Shown here one piece after another: positions 1 to 13,002 of a stretch of DNA of 64,000 nt. Made by a program: the position numbers and the translations under genes. A model generated the notes under the pieces. That model was not told the origin of the DNA and searched no databases. It was given only the letters and a program-made list of their open reading frames with translations. The DNA comes from Chiloscyllium plagiosum. Its lineage: Eukaryota. Each line of letters begins with the position of its first letter. Within the stretch, counting starts at the first letter, position 1. Location of the stretch: positions 44,516,381-44,580,380 of the forward strand of contig NC_057728.1 in NCBI RefSeq assembly GCF_004010195.1. The letters run 5' to 3'.

Positions 1-1910
1 GGCTCCAGCACCAGCTGTTCTAAGAATCCATCTCTGAGGCACTCCACAAAGTCTCTTTCTTGAGGTTCAGTACCATCCTGATTCTCCCAGTCTACCTGCA
101 TGTTGAAATCCGCCATAACAACTGTAGTAACATCTTTGCGACAGGCCAATTTCAGCTCCTGATTTAACTTACATCCGACATCCAGACTACTGTTTGGGGG
201 CCTGTAGATAATTCCCAAGAGGGTCTTTTTACCCTTAGAATTTCTCAGCTCTATCCATGCTGACTCTACATCCCCTGATTCTAGGTCCCCACGCGCAAGG
301 GACTGAATATCATCACTTACCAATTTGGCCACCCCACCTCCTCTGCCCGTCAGTCTGTCCTTACAATAGCACGTGTAGCCTTGAATGTTCATTTCCCAGG
401 CCCTGTCCACTTGAAGCCACGTCTCAGTTATCCCCACAATATCGTATCTGCCAATTTCCAAAAGAGCCTCAAGCTCATCCATCTTATTTCTAATGCTTCG
501 TACATTCATGTATAGTGTTTTCAATTTGTTACTGCCCTCACCCTTCCCATCAACTCCTATTTCACTCAACCTTACAGCATGATCTCTTTCTGAGTTTTCT
601 GCCTCATTGATACAGTTGTCTTTCTTGACTTACGTGGTTCTAGCTTTCCTCCAATTTCCTTCTTAAACATCCAGTTTGTCCCCTCCCCCCACCCACTACT
701 TAGTTTAAACGTAGCTGTGTTGCAGTAGCAAACCTGCCTGCCAGAATGCTGGTCCCTAACCTATTAAGGTGCAAACCGTCTCTCTTGTAGAATTTATGCT
801 TACCACAAAGCATACCTCAGTGATCCAAGAATTTAAATCCTTGCTTCCTGCACCAGTTCTCCAGCCACACGTTCAAGTACATTATCGCCCTGTTTCTGGC
901 CTCACCAGCCCAAGGAACTGGAAGCAAACTGGAGATAACCATCTTGGACGTCCTGCTTTTCAGCCTTCTTCCTAGTTCTCCGAAGTCCCGCTGTAGTATG
1001 TTCCTCCTCTTCTTCCCGACATCATTTGTGCCGACATGTACCACCACCTCTGGCTCTTCACCTTCATCCTTGAGAATTTCCTGCATTCTGTCTGTGATGT
1101 CTTTAACTCTGGCACCAGGAAGGCAACACACCATTCTTAAGTCCCGTCTGCTGCCACAAAAAGCCCGGTCAGGTTCTCTCACTATGGAGTCCTTTATTAC
1201 CATGGCTCTATGTGATGTCCGACTCTTCTGCTCTGTCTCCACGCCAACGTTTGATTGACAGACCTGGCCGCCTCATGGACTGGCAGTGTCACCTGTCTCT
1301 ACTGTTTCCAAAAGATTCAACTTGTTCCTGACAGGTACTTCCCCCGCGGTCTCTTGCACTGTCTCCTCTCTGCCTTCCTCATCGTCTGCTCTCTTCTGCT
1401 CTCTTCTGGTACGATTGGTATAATAACCTCGCTGAAGGTCTTGTCCAGAAAGATCTCGTTCTCTCGGATGAGCCTAAGGTCCTCGAGTTCTTTCATCAGT
1501 GCTGCAATATGCTCTGTCAGTAGCTGAACGTGCACACACTTTCCACACTTATACGAGCCAGACACACCAGAGTCATTGATCTCCCACATCAAGCACGTAG
1601 CACACTGAATCAACTTCGCAGTCATGTCTTCACCCTCTTCAACTGTGGCGTAATCACTTCACTCAACCTCCTTGTCAAAGACTCCTGAGCTAAAGCCTCA
1701 CTCTTCAATCCACAGGAACTTTCTTGGACCCTCTTTTTGTGGCAAGTCTGTGGACTTTTAATATAGGTTAGAGGAGAAGGGAGGGAGGGAGGCCCTACTT
1801 TGTAGGTACCTGGGGTCTAGAACACACCCACTTAAATAACAATCACTTACCTTCCTGACCGGCTTTGCGCTCTGCCTTCACTTCTGCCCTGCTCCCGCCG
1901 CTCTCTGATG
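1..1910 (-). mobile_element. CR1-clade LINE, 5' half: 5'UTR, ORF1 (Cys-rich zinc finger + SGNH esterase), start of ORF2 endonuclease
   Basis: ORF 1317-1625 (CATC..W..CGKC) and ORF 817-1242 (DSIVR, CCLPGARVKD, VHVGTND) are typical CR1 ORF1. Bases 1-500 are antisense APE-like sequence. Confidence 0.9.
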
Positions 1911-1919
1911 CGAAAAGGG

Positions 1920-2300
1920 TCATCCCTTCACTCAGAGGCAGTGCCCTCAGGTCCTAGTCCCTCCTACTCATGGAAACAGCCTCTCTTCCAGGCCTTTCAG
2001 TATTCTCTAAGTTTCAATCAACTACTCCTCCATCCTTCTAAACTCCGTCAAGTACACACCCAATATCCTCAACTGCTCCTCATGTGACAATCTCTTCATC
2101 CTGGAGTCATTCTTATAAGACATCTCTGGGCTCCCTCCAACTACAGGACATCCTTCCTTGGATATGAAGCCAAAAACTGTTCAGAATATTCTAAATGCAG
2201 TTTGACCAAAGCCTTACACAACTGTACATCTCTGCTCTTGCATTCTATACTGAAATGATTACTAACATTGCATTTGGCTTCCTAACTGCACCCATATGTG
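1920..2300 (-). mobile_element. CR1 ORF2 3' fragment
   Basis: Antisense similarity to other CR1 3' regions in the window, e.g. 37200-37450. Confidence 0.7.
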
Positions 2301-2329
2301 CGATTTTAGCTTTTTACAAACTACTGCAG

Positions 2330-2945
2330 AAAGGCATCTGCAAGTCAGAGCAGTTATTGTCACCATACTCTTGTGCCGCACCCTGATCAGAAAGCTGGAG
2401 AATTTTCACCAGCATTCTTCAGAGTCATGGGGAGGACCAAAGGCTAATGTTCTTAATGAAGTCAATTTAACAAGAGTTCAAGAAGAGCTCTTGAATCATC
2501 AAATTTGACGGTGTGCATCATGCTAAGATGGCCAAAATGCATCTTCCCTGCCAGGTCCTGTTTTTCAAACTCTCAAATGGCCATTTATTAAAGGATCACA
2601 GAAAAAGTTCAAATATACTCTGAAGCTCTCCTCAAGTGCCCAGACATTAAAGACTAGGAGGAGCTTACTAACAATAAATCTAAATAGCAACAACTTGTCA
2701 TTAGGTGCTTCATGCTTTTGAGTTAGAATACCTTAATGATGAGGCAGAGAATTGGAAGCATAGCAAAGGAAAGGAAGCAAATCCTGCACTCCAGCTTCAC
2801 TAACTTGTGGGTCATACAGCAAAATGAGCACAAACATCCGTCAAGAATTGGACTGTTTAATCACATGAAGGATCATGCAGATACATGTGACCTTGAATAA
2901 TCATCATCCTCAAACCAATGGATGGTCACTGCGGCTGATGATAGG
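2330..2945 (+). mobile_element. RTE-clade LINE 3' fragment
   Basis: RAVIVTILL..KLENFHQ..NVLNEVN; LPCQVLFFKLSNG; terminal C2H2-like SRIGLFNHMKDH. Confidence 0.65.
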
Positions 2946-3289
2946 AGCAACATTTCACCTGTGTTTACTTGTATTAGTGTTGAGACCACATTCCAGGTGC
3001 ATTGTCAGTATGGTTTGAGAACAAAGAATTTGTGTACAATTGCATACATTCCACTTTTAGATTTCAAGTGTATCAATTCTAAAAGTAACTAGTAGCACAG
3101 TTTGATTCTTTAAAGAAGACAAAAATGTTAATTCATTACACAGCTATTGATGGAAATTACACTTATAAACGTGACAAATTATGATACAAAACACAGATAC
3201 AAAGATTGAATGTGTATAAGGATAGAAGTTACATTTGAAGGTGAAAATGAGATCAGTCTTCACTATCATTGCAGATGTGGCTGGCTTAT

Positions 3290-3465
3290 AAAAACATAAG
3301 AACATAGGAACTAAAAGCAGGAACAGGCAATTTGATCCCTCAAGCCTGCTCTGTCAATTAATACAATCATGGCTGATCTCATCTCAGGCTCAACTCCACT
3401 TTTCCACCCACTCTCCATAACACTTTAACCTGTCACTAATTAAAGATCTGTCTATTTTCTCAAAT
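3290..3465 (-). mobile_element. CR1 3' tail
   Basis: ACATAAGA-type microsatellite end plus conserved CR1 3'UTR (caatcatggctgatc..caactccac). Confidence 0.75.
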
Positions 3466-3469
3466 TTAT

Positions 3470-3900
3470 TTTTAAACAGCCTGCGGAAAACACATGATGG
3501 AGTTCTAATTACTTGAAATTTGCAATGCGATTGTTCAAGCAATTCAATATGCATATCAATATATCAGATGCTACCAGATCTTTACCCAATTATGAGGCAA
3601 ATGTAATCTCTTATTAAAGGGACAAACTACTGATGTAATATTTTTGCGTTATGGTTTAGAAAATCCTTAAGAAGCCTGTGATCCTCTAACTCTAGTGTGG
3701 CATCTCTGTAGCATGATAATTCAATATAATTCTAAATCTGACCTTCTCTTCAGTTCAATAAAGGTGCTGTAAAATCACTCAGTGATGGCCTTAAATCCAC
3801 AACACTAGCTGCAATTTTCAGTGTCCATTTTAAGCAGAACTGGTTTTCTTATTTCTTCTCACCTCAGGGCTTAAATCCAACTATCTTGACATTCAAAATA
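3470..3900 (-). pseudogene. Hantavirid-like L protein, extreme C-terminus (EVE)
   Basis: Nearly open frame ending RTPSCVFRRLF (3471-3500) vs hantavirus L C-terminal RHTMVLLRRLF; otherwise weak. Confidence 0.45.
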
Positions 3901-3939
3901 ATTAGGAGAAAGTGAGGACTGCAGATGTTTGCGCAGTAC

Positions 3940-5480
3940 CCCATGATTATCAATGATCAGGAACTGAACTAGAGCAGGAATATGAAGGCAGAAGAGGTGA
4001 GAGGCTGGAAGTTCTGCAGTGAGTAACTCACCAACTGTCTCAACAGTGTGGTGGAATACTTTCCACATGCAGCGCAAACAAACCCAAAAAAACTCATTAC
4101 CAATCAAACCAAAGCAACCTACTTAACTGACTCTCCATCTACCTCTATAAACATTTCTTCCCTCTAGCATAGGTGGATGGTAAAAGTTATGCATTCTTTT
4201 TACAAGGAACACTGCAACAACTCATGTCAGTAATAGACATAGGGACTAAAGAACAGAAATTCTTCTAATAACCACACTGTATCAGTACCAAGGCTCCTTC
4301 AATTACATTTTCCAAACTCAAACTCTACCAGCTGTAGAAACAAGACAGCAGATGCAGGGGAACATCAGCACCTGCATATTTGCCTCCAACTCAAGAGCCA
4401 CCAGGATTTATATAGAGTAATAGAGATATATAGCATGGAAACAGACCCTTCGGTCCAACCCGTCCATGCCGACCAGATATCCCAACCCAATCTAGTCCCT
4501 CCTGCCAGCACCCGACCCATAAATGTTATCGTAACTTCACTGCTGTTGGATAAGAGTCATAAGCTTTTCTGTGTTTGGTCATCCTTCAGTATTTGAGAAG
4601 TTGCAAATGGTGCTGAATACTATAGTCATCAGCAAACATCCTCAATTCTGACATTATGAAAGGTGAAAGGTCATTGGTAAAGCAAGTGAAGGCGCTTAAG
4701 CTGTGGAACTCCTGCACTGAACATTCAATGCCTGAGATAATTGACTTCCAATAAAGGCAACCATCTTCCTTGTGTTAAGTATGACTCAAAGTAGTAAAGA
4801 GTTTTCTCCCAGTTCTCATTGATTCCATTATTGTTAGAACTTCTTGATGCCATACTTAATACAACAACTGCCTTAATAACAGGGTAATAAACCCCATTTT
4901 CCCCCATAAGTTCAGCTCTTTCTTCTTGTGATGAGGTCAGGCGATGAGTGGGCCTGGTGAAAATCAAATGAAGCACCAGGGAGCGACAACACCCTCCATC
5001 ACTTTTTTGGTTATTGAGAGCAGATTGATAGGGTGGTAATTGACTGAGTTTGATTTGTCCTCCTTTTTGTGGGCAGGACGTAGCTGGACAATTTCTGCAT
5101 GGTAGATGCCAGCGTGGTAAGTGTATTGAAACAGCTTGGACACGGGCACAGCAAGTTCTGCAGCACAAATCCTCAGTACTAATGCTGGAACATCACTCCT
5201 AGCCTTTGCAGTATCCGACGGTTTCAGTTGTTTCTTGATATCACATGTATTGAAATGAAATTGTTCAAAATTCGGTAATGTTGCAGACCTCAGGAGGAGG
5301 TCAACATGGTTCATCCACTTGACACTTGTAGCTGATGATGCTTGTAAATGCTTCAGCCATATTTGTTGCATTGATTTACTAGGCTTCTCCAAAATTGAGA
5401 ATTCAGATATTTATGGAGCCTTCTCCTCCTGTGAATTGCTTAACTGTCCACCGCCATTAACATCTGAAGTCAAAGGTGTA
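3940..5480. mobile_element. Two oppositely oriented fragments of an L2/CR1-clade LINE ('family B') with a HER1 tail inserted at 4410-4520
   Basis: Plus-strand 3940-4560 resembles 33361-33800. Minus ORFs 4725-5392 (CDIKKQLK, HKKEDKSNSVNYHPINLLSI) resemble 30511-30900. Confidence 0.75.
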
Positions 5481-6560
5481 AGTGTTGCCACTCAGATAAA
5501 CTGATGCTCGATGTGACTCATTCCTTCTTAGGACCTCAATACCATGGAATTTTCCAAGCCCTCAGTTGTTTCTTTGCATGTTGAGAGTTGTAAACCTCAA
5601 ACTTAATCTCACTGAGTCACTGATTCTTCATTCAGCTCTTTTACTTTCTTAATTCTGAATAATATTCTACACAGTAAGGCTTGATCATTCACCTAGGTGC
5701 CTAAATTAGACATGTGATATTTGATGATAGATCTTAATGGAATCTCTCCCCAGGAGAAGAGCTGCAGGAATCACAGGAACATAATATGATATTCCTACAG
5801 TCCTCCAAGATTTTCTGTATCTCTTCTGCCAAGTTTAAGATGGGTGAACAGTCAACTTCTAGTGGAAATTTGGATCCAAAATTTGTATTAAATCTTTGTG
5901 ATTTCCTTAACTGTAAATCAAGTGCTTCAATTGATCAATATTCAGGAAACGTTTTTGCTGTGAAGTGATATACTTTCCAGCATGGATGGTTTCTTATCTT
6001 TCCCAGAAGCATTCAAAATAAAATGCCTCAAGCCCACTTAGCTGAGCTCCATACAATTGCTAAAGAATAATCTCCTAATAGCTTTCTTCATGAACTTATA
6101 AAGAAATACTCAACCTAAGTTGGAGACAGAATTTTCACCCTGTTTAAGTTAAAACTTATTAGAACTTAAATACAGCTAAAAATCTGTCAGGTATGACAAG
6201 CTTGGATTAGAGTTTTGGATGGTTAGCTGCTGTCGAGATTCAATCATAACAAATCCCTTAATGATGCTGCATCACTTGCTAAAATTTTTTCACTTTTTTA
6301 ACTGTGGCTCTTATGATGAGAATAAATCAAGGCAAGCGGACAGCTTCTGATGCTTTAAGAACTGAACTAAATTTCTACCAGGTGCTTCTGGGTGAAGCAT
6401 AAATGCTTGACAGGGTTCTATCACAATGTGTTAATAAATGTGTCGTTCTTCCAAATAGAAATCAGTGAACATGATAAAAAGAGGTCATGTCTAGGACATC
6501 GCCAGCTCCATTACATGCTCTGCCTTTTTGCAACCACTAACCCAGTTAAAGAAATAACCT
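5480..6560 (-). pseudogene. Hantavirid-like L protein N-terminus incl. cap-snatching endonuclease (EVE)
   Basis: RHDLF (RHD at 6484-6492); SGLEAFYFECF ~ ASLEAMFNLKF; RYRKSWR/RNIIL (5782-5822) ~ RYRESRKPRNFLL; YVPVI ~ YLPST. Many stops and frameshifts. Confidence 0.7.
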
Positions 6561-7094
6561 CCTCCTGGGACAACATGATCCCTTCTTATCATAACCATTC
6601 TACCTGAACATGAATGTTTCATCTCATATTCCTTTGAATTCTTTCAAGATAAAAATGAATTTGGTGTTGAAGGACAATTTCATAGCTCAGCACAAAATGT
6701 TACAAAGGCATGATCTTGTCACAATACACCATCGTTATTTTCACATAACATTCTTTATATGTGTTGACAAGTACATTTTTCATCACTTTTGAGATACTTT
6801 ATCTGTCAGGGGGATTATTTGGAAAGGCTTGTTTGTGGTATTCAGCTAATCTTCGAAATTCTTACAGTGAGCATAACTAACACAATAATTAACATTTTCT
6901 ACTTTATTTAACATTGAAAATGATCATTTTGGCTAATAAATGACAAGTTTTGAGTGTGATAGATTTGTTGGCCTTGCGAAAGTGCTGAAGTGTTTTTTGA
7001 AGCTGTATGACATTGAGATTTCACTTAATTAAATGAAGGGCAGTCACTGCAATAAGTTGCATGTATGGTTTCTACCTGACATGAAAATTACTTA

Positions 7095-7345
7095 GAGTCA
7101 TAGAGTCATAGAAAAGTACAGCATGGAAATAGACCCTCCAGTCCAACTCCTCTATGCTGAACAAATATCCCAAGCCAATCTAGTCCCATTTGCCAGCACT
7201 TGGCTCATATCCCTCTAAACCCTTCTTATTCATATACTCATCCAGATGCCTTTTATAGAGTCATAGAGTCAATTGTATCAGCCTTCACCATTTCCTCTGG
7301 CAGCTCATTCTATACACACACCAGCCTCTATGTGAAAAACTTCCT
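7095..7345 (-). mobile_element. HER1/CR1 3' end
   Basis: AGAGTCAT repeats plus tail matching 41940-42090 in reverse. Confidence 0.85.
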
Positions 7346-7379
7346 TTTCATAAGTTAAAAAATGATAATTTGAAAATGT

Positions 7380-8430
7380 AATGCACAACACTGAAATCAT
7401 TCCTTTTGTTTTAATGATTCCAAATGCTACACAAAGTGGGCTTTCTAAATTGAACTTATTATTGTTTGCTTTAAATTGCTTTAAGCTTTTTTCTCTCTCT
7501 CCTAGCAACTCTGCTGTCATGGAGACACAATTTCATTCTGCATCCTTTAATGGAGAATACTGCAGAGCTGATCTACTCCTGCTTTATACCAAGGGAGAGC
7601 TAAGCCTGTGGTGCTTCAGTCGATGTAAAAAGGAACAAAAACCATTTCATTTCTCTTTGCCATATTTTCTCAGAATAACTTGAATTGTAATCAGAAGGGA
7701 ATGGGCTACCCTCTGTGTATGTCCAATCTCATTCTTCGCATCAGCCTAAATGACAATTTGATTGCTAATGCATCTTTTGGCTTTCTGTCCAACCTGCTTT
7801 TTAACTAATTGTTGGAGCCAAGTTCCTTTGAATTTAGGTCACCAAAGAGAACTTTGGGCCTGGGTTCATTTTGATTGAACTATTCCTTCTCAGTCACCAC
7901 TGGCAAAAAATCTAGCTTAGTTAAAATGAATCTGGAATTACGGGAAGATTTAACAATAGAGGACATACTTTACAAGAATTGAGTCCAAGATGCCAGGCCA
8001 AATCAACCTCAAATTTACCTCGGCTAGATAGTTCAGCAGTGGATATTGTATGCGAGAAGATGAGTATAAAATATTCATTTTGTGCTTTGCATTTTGTTAC
8101 AGCACTGCCAGCAGAATCGAATTCAGTAAACAGGAAAGAATAATAATGTCCATGCAGTCACGTGAATAAGATGATAGCTTAATTGGCTGATAGCTCAAGC
8201 TTATTGAGATGTACCATATTGTTTCTTTGGAGCAAATTACATTTGCTCAATTGGAGCTAAACATAATCATAACTCAAAAAAAATTATGTCTCGTTGGTAC
8301 TGCAGAGTTAGGCTTTCAATATATATGAAAGAATGTACAGGATTTTCTGAGCAATGGCAATTATACAAGGTATGTCAGTGGGGCTTAAATGGTGGTCAAC
8401 TTGTATAATATCAAACTGACTTGAATGGTT
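7380..8430 (-). pseudogene. Hantavirid-like L protein, C-terminal (PB2-like) region (EVE)
   Basis: TDIPCII ~ PNIPCIV; YFILIFSHTI ~ RFLLAHAFHTI; same strand and order as block 9520-11090. Confidence 0.5.
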
Positions 8431-9025
8431 TTCCCAACGTTGCATTTGAAAAATAAAATAAATTGAAGACAAATGCATCATTTAATCCTAAAATAACTAC
8501 TAGCAATAGATTACTGTATTTATTTAGACATAGTGGAGGATTATTGTACCTTCCTGAAGTGATTTATATTCTTGCAGTTAGAACTGGGCTCCCCATTGTC
8601 TGGTCATAACAAGACAGTGATGGAGCTTAGGCTAACAGCCTAGGACAGGGGTTTGGCGAGTTCAGTTGCTTGTCGTCATTATGTGATTAGTCATTATGGT
8701 CTTGGTGTACTTGTGAACACAAAGTGCCGTACGAGAATAACATTTCCAAACATTAATGAAGTGTCCTCCAATAACTGGAGGGGATACTGTTCCTTGAGTC
8801 AAACCCACTACCATTAATGATGTGGTCTGAGTGCTTGGCTAAATATTAGCCCATAGAAAATAAACCACAAAGACACTTGTGCTGAGACAGATATATTGAA
8901 GTTTATTAACGAGATGAATGATTTACATTGTTAAAAAGTCTCAAACTTGCACACAGTCTGTGTTCTACACTTACAGTTATTATGATTACATTCCATGACT
9001 GTAACATCACATGTAGCTGACTGTA

Positions 9026-9236
9026 TTAAAACCAAAAGAACTGCGGATGCTGTAAATCAGAAACAGAAACAGAAATTGCCAGAAAAGTTCAGCAGGTCTG
9101 GCAGCAGCTGTGGAGAGAAATCAGAGTTAATGTTTCATGTTGAGTGACTTTTCCCCGGTTCTGAGGAAGATTAACTCTGATTTGTCTCCACAATGCTGCT
9201 AAATCTGCTGAGCTTTTCGAGCATTATCTAATTTTA
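9026..9236. mobile_element. Penelope-derived inverted-repeat element, inside a possible LTR remnant (~8600-9370)
   Basis: Arms gcagcagctgtggagagaaatcagagttaa / ttaactctgatttgtctccacaatgctgc; flanking direct repeat tagctgact (9014-9022, 9237-9245). Confidence 0.65.
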
Positions 9237-9519
9237 TAGCTGACTACATACTGCACTGACTCTACTTCACAATGAACGTGAACTGTGGTCCTTTATAGTG
9301 CAACTTTACATGTCATGATGTCATCTGATCTAAAGGTAGACTGCCCTTCTGGGATCAGGGCAATACTACACCAGGCAGTTACAATGGCAACCTGGATGGA
9401 CAAGGCAGTAGTTGGATCTGCAGGGAAAACATGAGAACAAAAGCAGCTCATTCAGCTTGATGAACCTATTCCAATATTTAATGAGATCATGGTTGATATT
9501 TACTTCAACTCTAACTTTC

Positions 9520-11090
9520 ACTGCCCATATTTCTTGATTAAATGAAAAGATACTGTTGATCATAACCTTGAAAATTTCAGCTCTGCGTGAAGAATTACTT
9601 TCTGATTTCATCTTGTAATAGTTCAATTCTAATTTTAAGATTATCAAGTCTTGTTCTGGAGTCCCCAATAAAATAAATTGCTTTTCTGGGCTGAATCTTA
9701 CGGGTTTCTTTTGGCTAAGTGTCAGTTGTGTTGAGATTTTGGAGCATGTGTTGCAATGAGACCACGCAATATTTCTCATTGTAACTTATCCAAATTTGCC
9801 TCATTAACTACAACCACAACCCTGTGGTACCTCCCTCACCTGATGCAGCAACTTGCTTGCAATGTTGACATTGGCCTCACTGGACTTCCCTCTTGATTCT
9901 GCCACAAATCTTGCTGTAGCCCGCATCATTTGGGCCCCTTTCAGATTCTGCACTGTATATCTATCTTTCATCATTCTAAATTCCTCATTTGAACCACCAT
10001 TCAAATTTCTATATTCAAACCAAAATAAGAAAAATGATCCACTTCATTCAATTCTTTAAACCGGGTTTCATTCTGGTAAAAGTGCATTCTACCTCCTCCA
10101 AAGTTGGTGCAGTTTTACTGCTTATGGAGTTTGAGAAAACAGAACAATGGGATCAGCTTTCTATATATACACACTGTATCACTATATTACTTTTGTAATC
10201 CAATCACAACTCTTCATTATTCAATAAGTCCTTTTGCTTATTTTAGATACATGTTCTACATGAATCTCTTAATGTTCAAATCTGGGTCCTGATTGCAATT
10301 TTCTGGCACAAGTAGACATAGTATATACAAGCCATATGACAGCCACTTCGGTCAGTCTTTCAGTATCTTAAAAATAGCTTAAAGGCCTGAGCAGGGATTA
10401 TACTTGCTTTCAAGCTTGACAGTGTCAGCTTTGATAAGTGTATAATAGATTAGTTTCAAGAGTTAAATTGAACTCAAATCTTAAACTGAGCTCGGATCTT
10501 TTCTTTCTGTCTTTCATTTGAAATAGTTTTCTTTATGATTTACTGAAAGAACTTGATCTGGGTATGTGACTAAACTAAGAAATTGAGGATTGATTGAAAT
10601 AGCCATCTGAGCTGCAACTCCACAAGCAGCTTGCTCAAGTGAAAAGATTAATATTGGCCGCCTTGCCTCTTTAGCTGCAGCCTTCAAGTCCTGGGAGGAA
10701 AAGGATTGGAAAGGGCTACAAGAGGCCAATCAGTTTGGGGATAGGCCATCCCACTGCAAGGTTTTTATATGCTGCAATTGACAAACAGGTACAAAGCATT
10801 CCAATTTTTACCACTAAATGTTAATTTGCTTACACAGCATTGGTCCGGATATTTTGATCAGGGTTAGAAACCTTTTTTTCTGTCCCTATATAATTAAAAC
10901 TTACCCAATTACCAAAGTTGACTTCTATACTGGAGATTTCAGGACAGAGGGCTCTAATACAAACCTGTTCAGGAATCCATATATCCAGCCGCTACAAGAA
11001 TCAGCATGGAAACCACACTCCGTTCTGGAACATCCTGTGATTTAATGGACCAGCAGCACAGCCAGCCACTTTGATAATGTTGCAAGGGTA
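9520..11090 (-). pseudogene. Hantavirid-like L protein, RdRp core (motif B) through thumb-ring region (EVE)
   Basis: ORF 10514-10729 QDLKAA..LEQAACGVAAQMAISI..VNHKENYF ~ DDLAAA..LDLGASPQVAQLAVAL..VNHPAAYL; KDPSSV ~ NDPSIV; FRMMKD ~ LKTMKD; RVVVV ~ RVVIV; DLIILKL ~ DLAALKL; AGPLN near 11040 ~ QGNLN. Confidence 0.8.
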
Positions 11091-12086
11091 AACATGACTA
11101 GCGAGGCGACGAGTAGGGAGAAAGAGGAGTTGAACACGTGGCTACAGGGATGGTGCAGGAGGGAGGGTTTTGGATACCTGGATAATTGGGGCTTAGGTGC
11201 TTATTCTGGGGTAAGTGGGACCTCTACAAACAGGATGGTCTACATCTGAACTAGAGGAGTACCAATATCCTGGGGGGGAAATTTGCTAATGCTCTTCGGG
11301 AGAGTTTAAACAAATTCAGCAGGGGGATGGGAACCAAAATTGTAGTTCCAGTGTACAGGAGGTTGAGAGTAGTGAGGTCAGAAATATGATTTCAAGGTCA
11401 CAAGAGTTCACCGACAAGCAGGAAGGTAGTTTGAAGTGTGTCTACTTCAACGTCAGGGGCATTCGGAATAAGATGGGTGAACTTGCAGCATGGGTTGGTA
11501 CCTGGGACTTTGATGTTGTGGCCATTTTGGAGACACGGATAGAACAGGGACAGCAATGCTTGATGCATGTTCCAGAATTTATATGTTTCAGTAAGAACAG
11601 AAAAGATAGTAAAAGAGGGGGAGATGTCGTGTTGTTAGTCAAGGACAGTATTACGGTGGCAGAAAGGACTTTTGAGGACTCATCTACTGAGGTAGTAAGG
11701 GCTGAGGTTAGAAGCAGGAAAGGAGAGGTCGCCTTGTAGCGAGGCCTCCGAATAGTTCCAGAGATGTAGCGGAAAGGATAGCAAAGATAATTCTGGATAG
11801 GAGCGAGAGTAGATGGTAGTTGTTATGGAGTCTTTAATTTTCCAAGTATTAACTGGAAATGCTATAGTCTGAGTACTTTAGATGGGCCAGTTTTTGTCCA
11901 ATGTGTTGAGGATGGTTTCCTGACACAGTATGTAGACAAGCCAACAAGGGGCGAGGTCACATTGGATTTGATACTGGGTAATGAACCAGGCCAGGTGTTA
12001 GATTTGGAGGTAGGTGAGCACTTTGGTGGTAGTGACCACAATTTGGTTATGTTTAATTTGGCGATGGGAAGGGATAGGTATATACT

Positions 12087-12720
12087 TCGTCATTTCCGCC
12101 ACCTCCAAACAGACCCCACCACCAAGAATATATTTCCCTCCCCTCCCCTATCAGCATTCCGGAAAGACCACTCCCTCTGCGACTCCCTCGTCAAGTCCAC
12201 ACCCCCCACCAACCCAACCTCCACTCCCAGCACCTTCCCTTGCAACCGCAAGAAATGCAAAACTTGCNNNNNNNNNNNNNNNNNNNNNNNNNNNNNNNGA
12301 GAGGGGGTGGGGGCGGAGAGGTCGGGAAGAAGATTGCAGGTCAAGAGGGCGAATCTGAATCCAGGGGTTGGGACTGAGATCTAGGTAGCTGTGGGAGTCG
12401 GTCTTTTACTACCCCCGGACTCAGCATCGCCCTCTTGACCTGCAATCTTCTTCCTGACCTCTCCGCTCCCACCCCCACTCCGGCCTATCACCCTCACCTT
12501 AACCTCCTTCCACCTATCGCATTCCCAACACCCCTCCCCCAAGTCCCTCCTCCCTACCTTTTATCTTAGCCTGCTTGGCACACCCTCCTCATTCCTGAAG
12601 AAGGGCTTATGCCCAAAATGTCGATTCTCCTGCTCCTTGGATGCTTCCTGACCTGCTGCGCTTTTCCAGCAACATGTTTTTCATCTCTGATCTCCAGCAT
12701 CTGCAGTCCTCACTTCCTCC
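12087..12720 (+). mobile_element. Penelope-like element fragment (start of GIY-YIG region and terminal repeat) nested in CR1
   Basis: LRHFRHLQTDPTT..PLSAFRKDHSL..GTFPC-like CNRKKCKTC; 13-bp TSD ataggtatatact (12074-12086, 12721-12733). Confidence 0.85.
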
Positions 12721-12874
12721 ATAGGTATATACTGCAGGGCAAGCGTTATTGCTGGGGGAAAGGCAATTATGATGTGATTAGGCAAGATTTAGGATGCATA
12801 GGATGGGGAAGGAAACTGCAGGGGATGGGCACAACTGAAATGTGTAGCTTATTCAAGGAACAGCTACTGCGTGT

Positions 12875-13002
12875 CATAGAACATAGAACATTACAACACA
12901 GTGCAGACACTTCGGATCTTGATGTTGTACCAACCTGTGGAACCAATCTGAAGTCCATCTATCCTACACTATTCCATTTCATCCATTTCTTTATCCAATG
13001 AC
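12875..13002 (-). mobile_element. Inverted CR1 3' tail inserted in ORF2 of the same family
   Basis: Reverse complement of 15250-15390. Confidence 0.8.
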
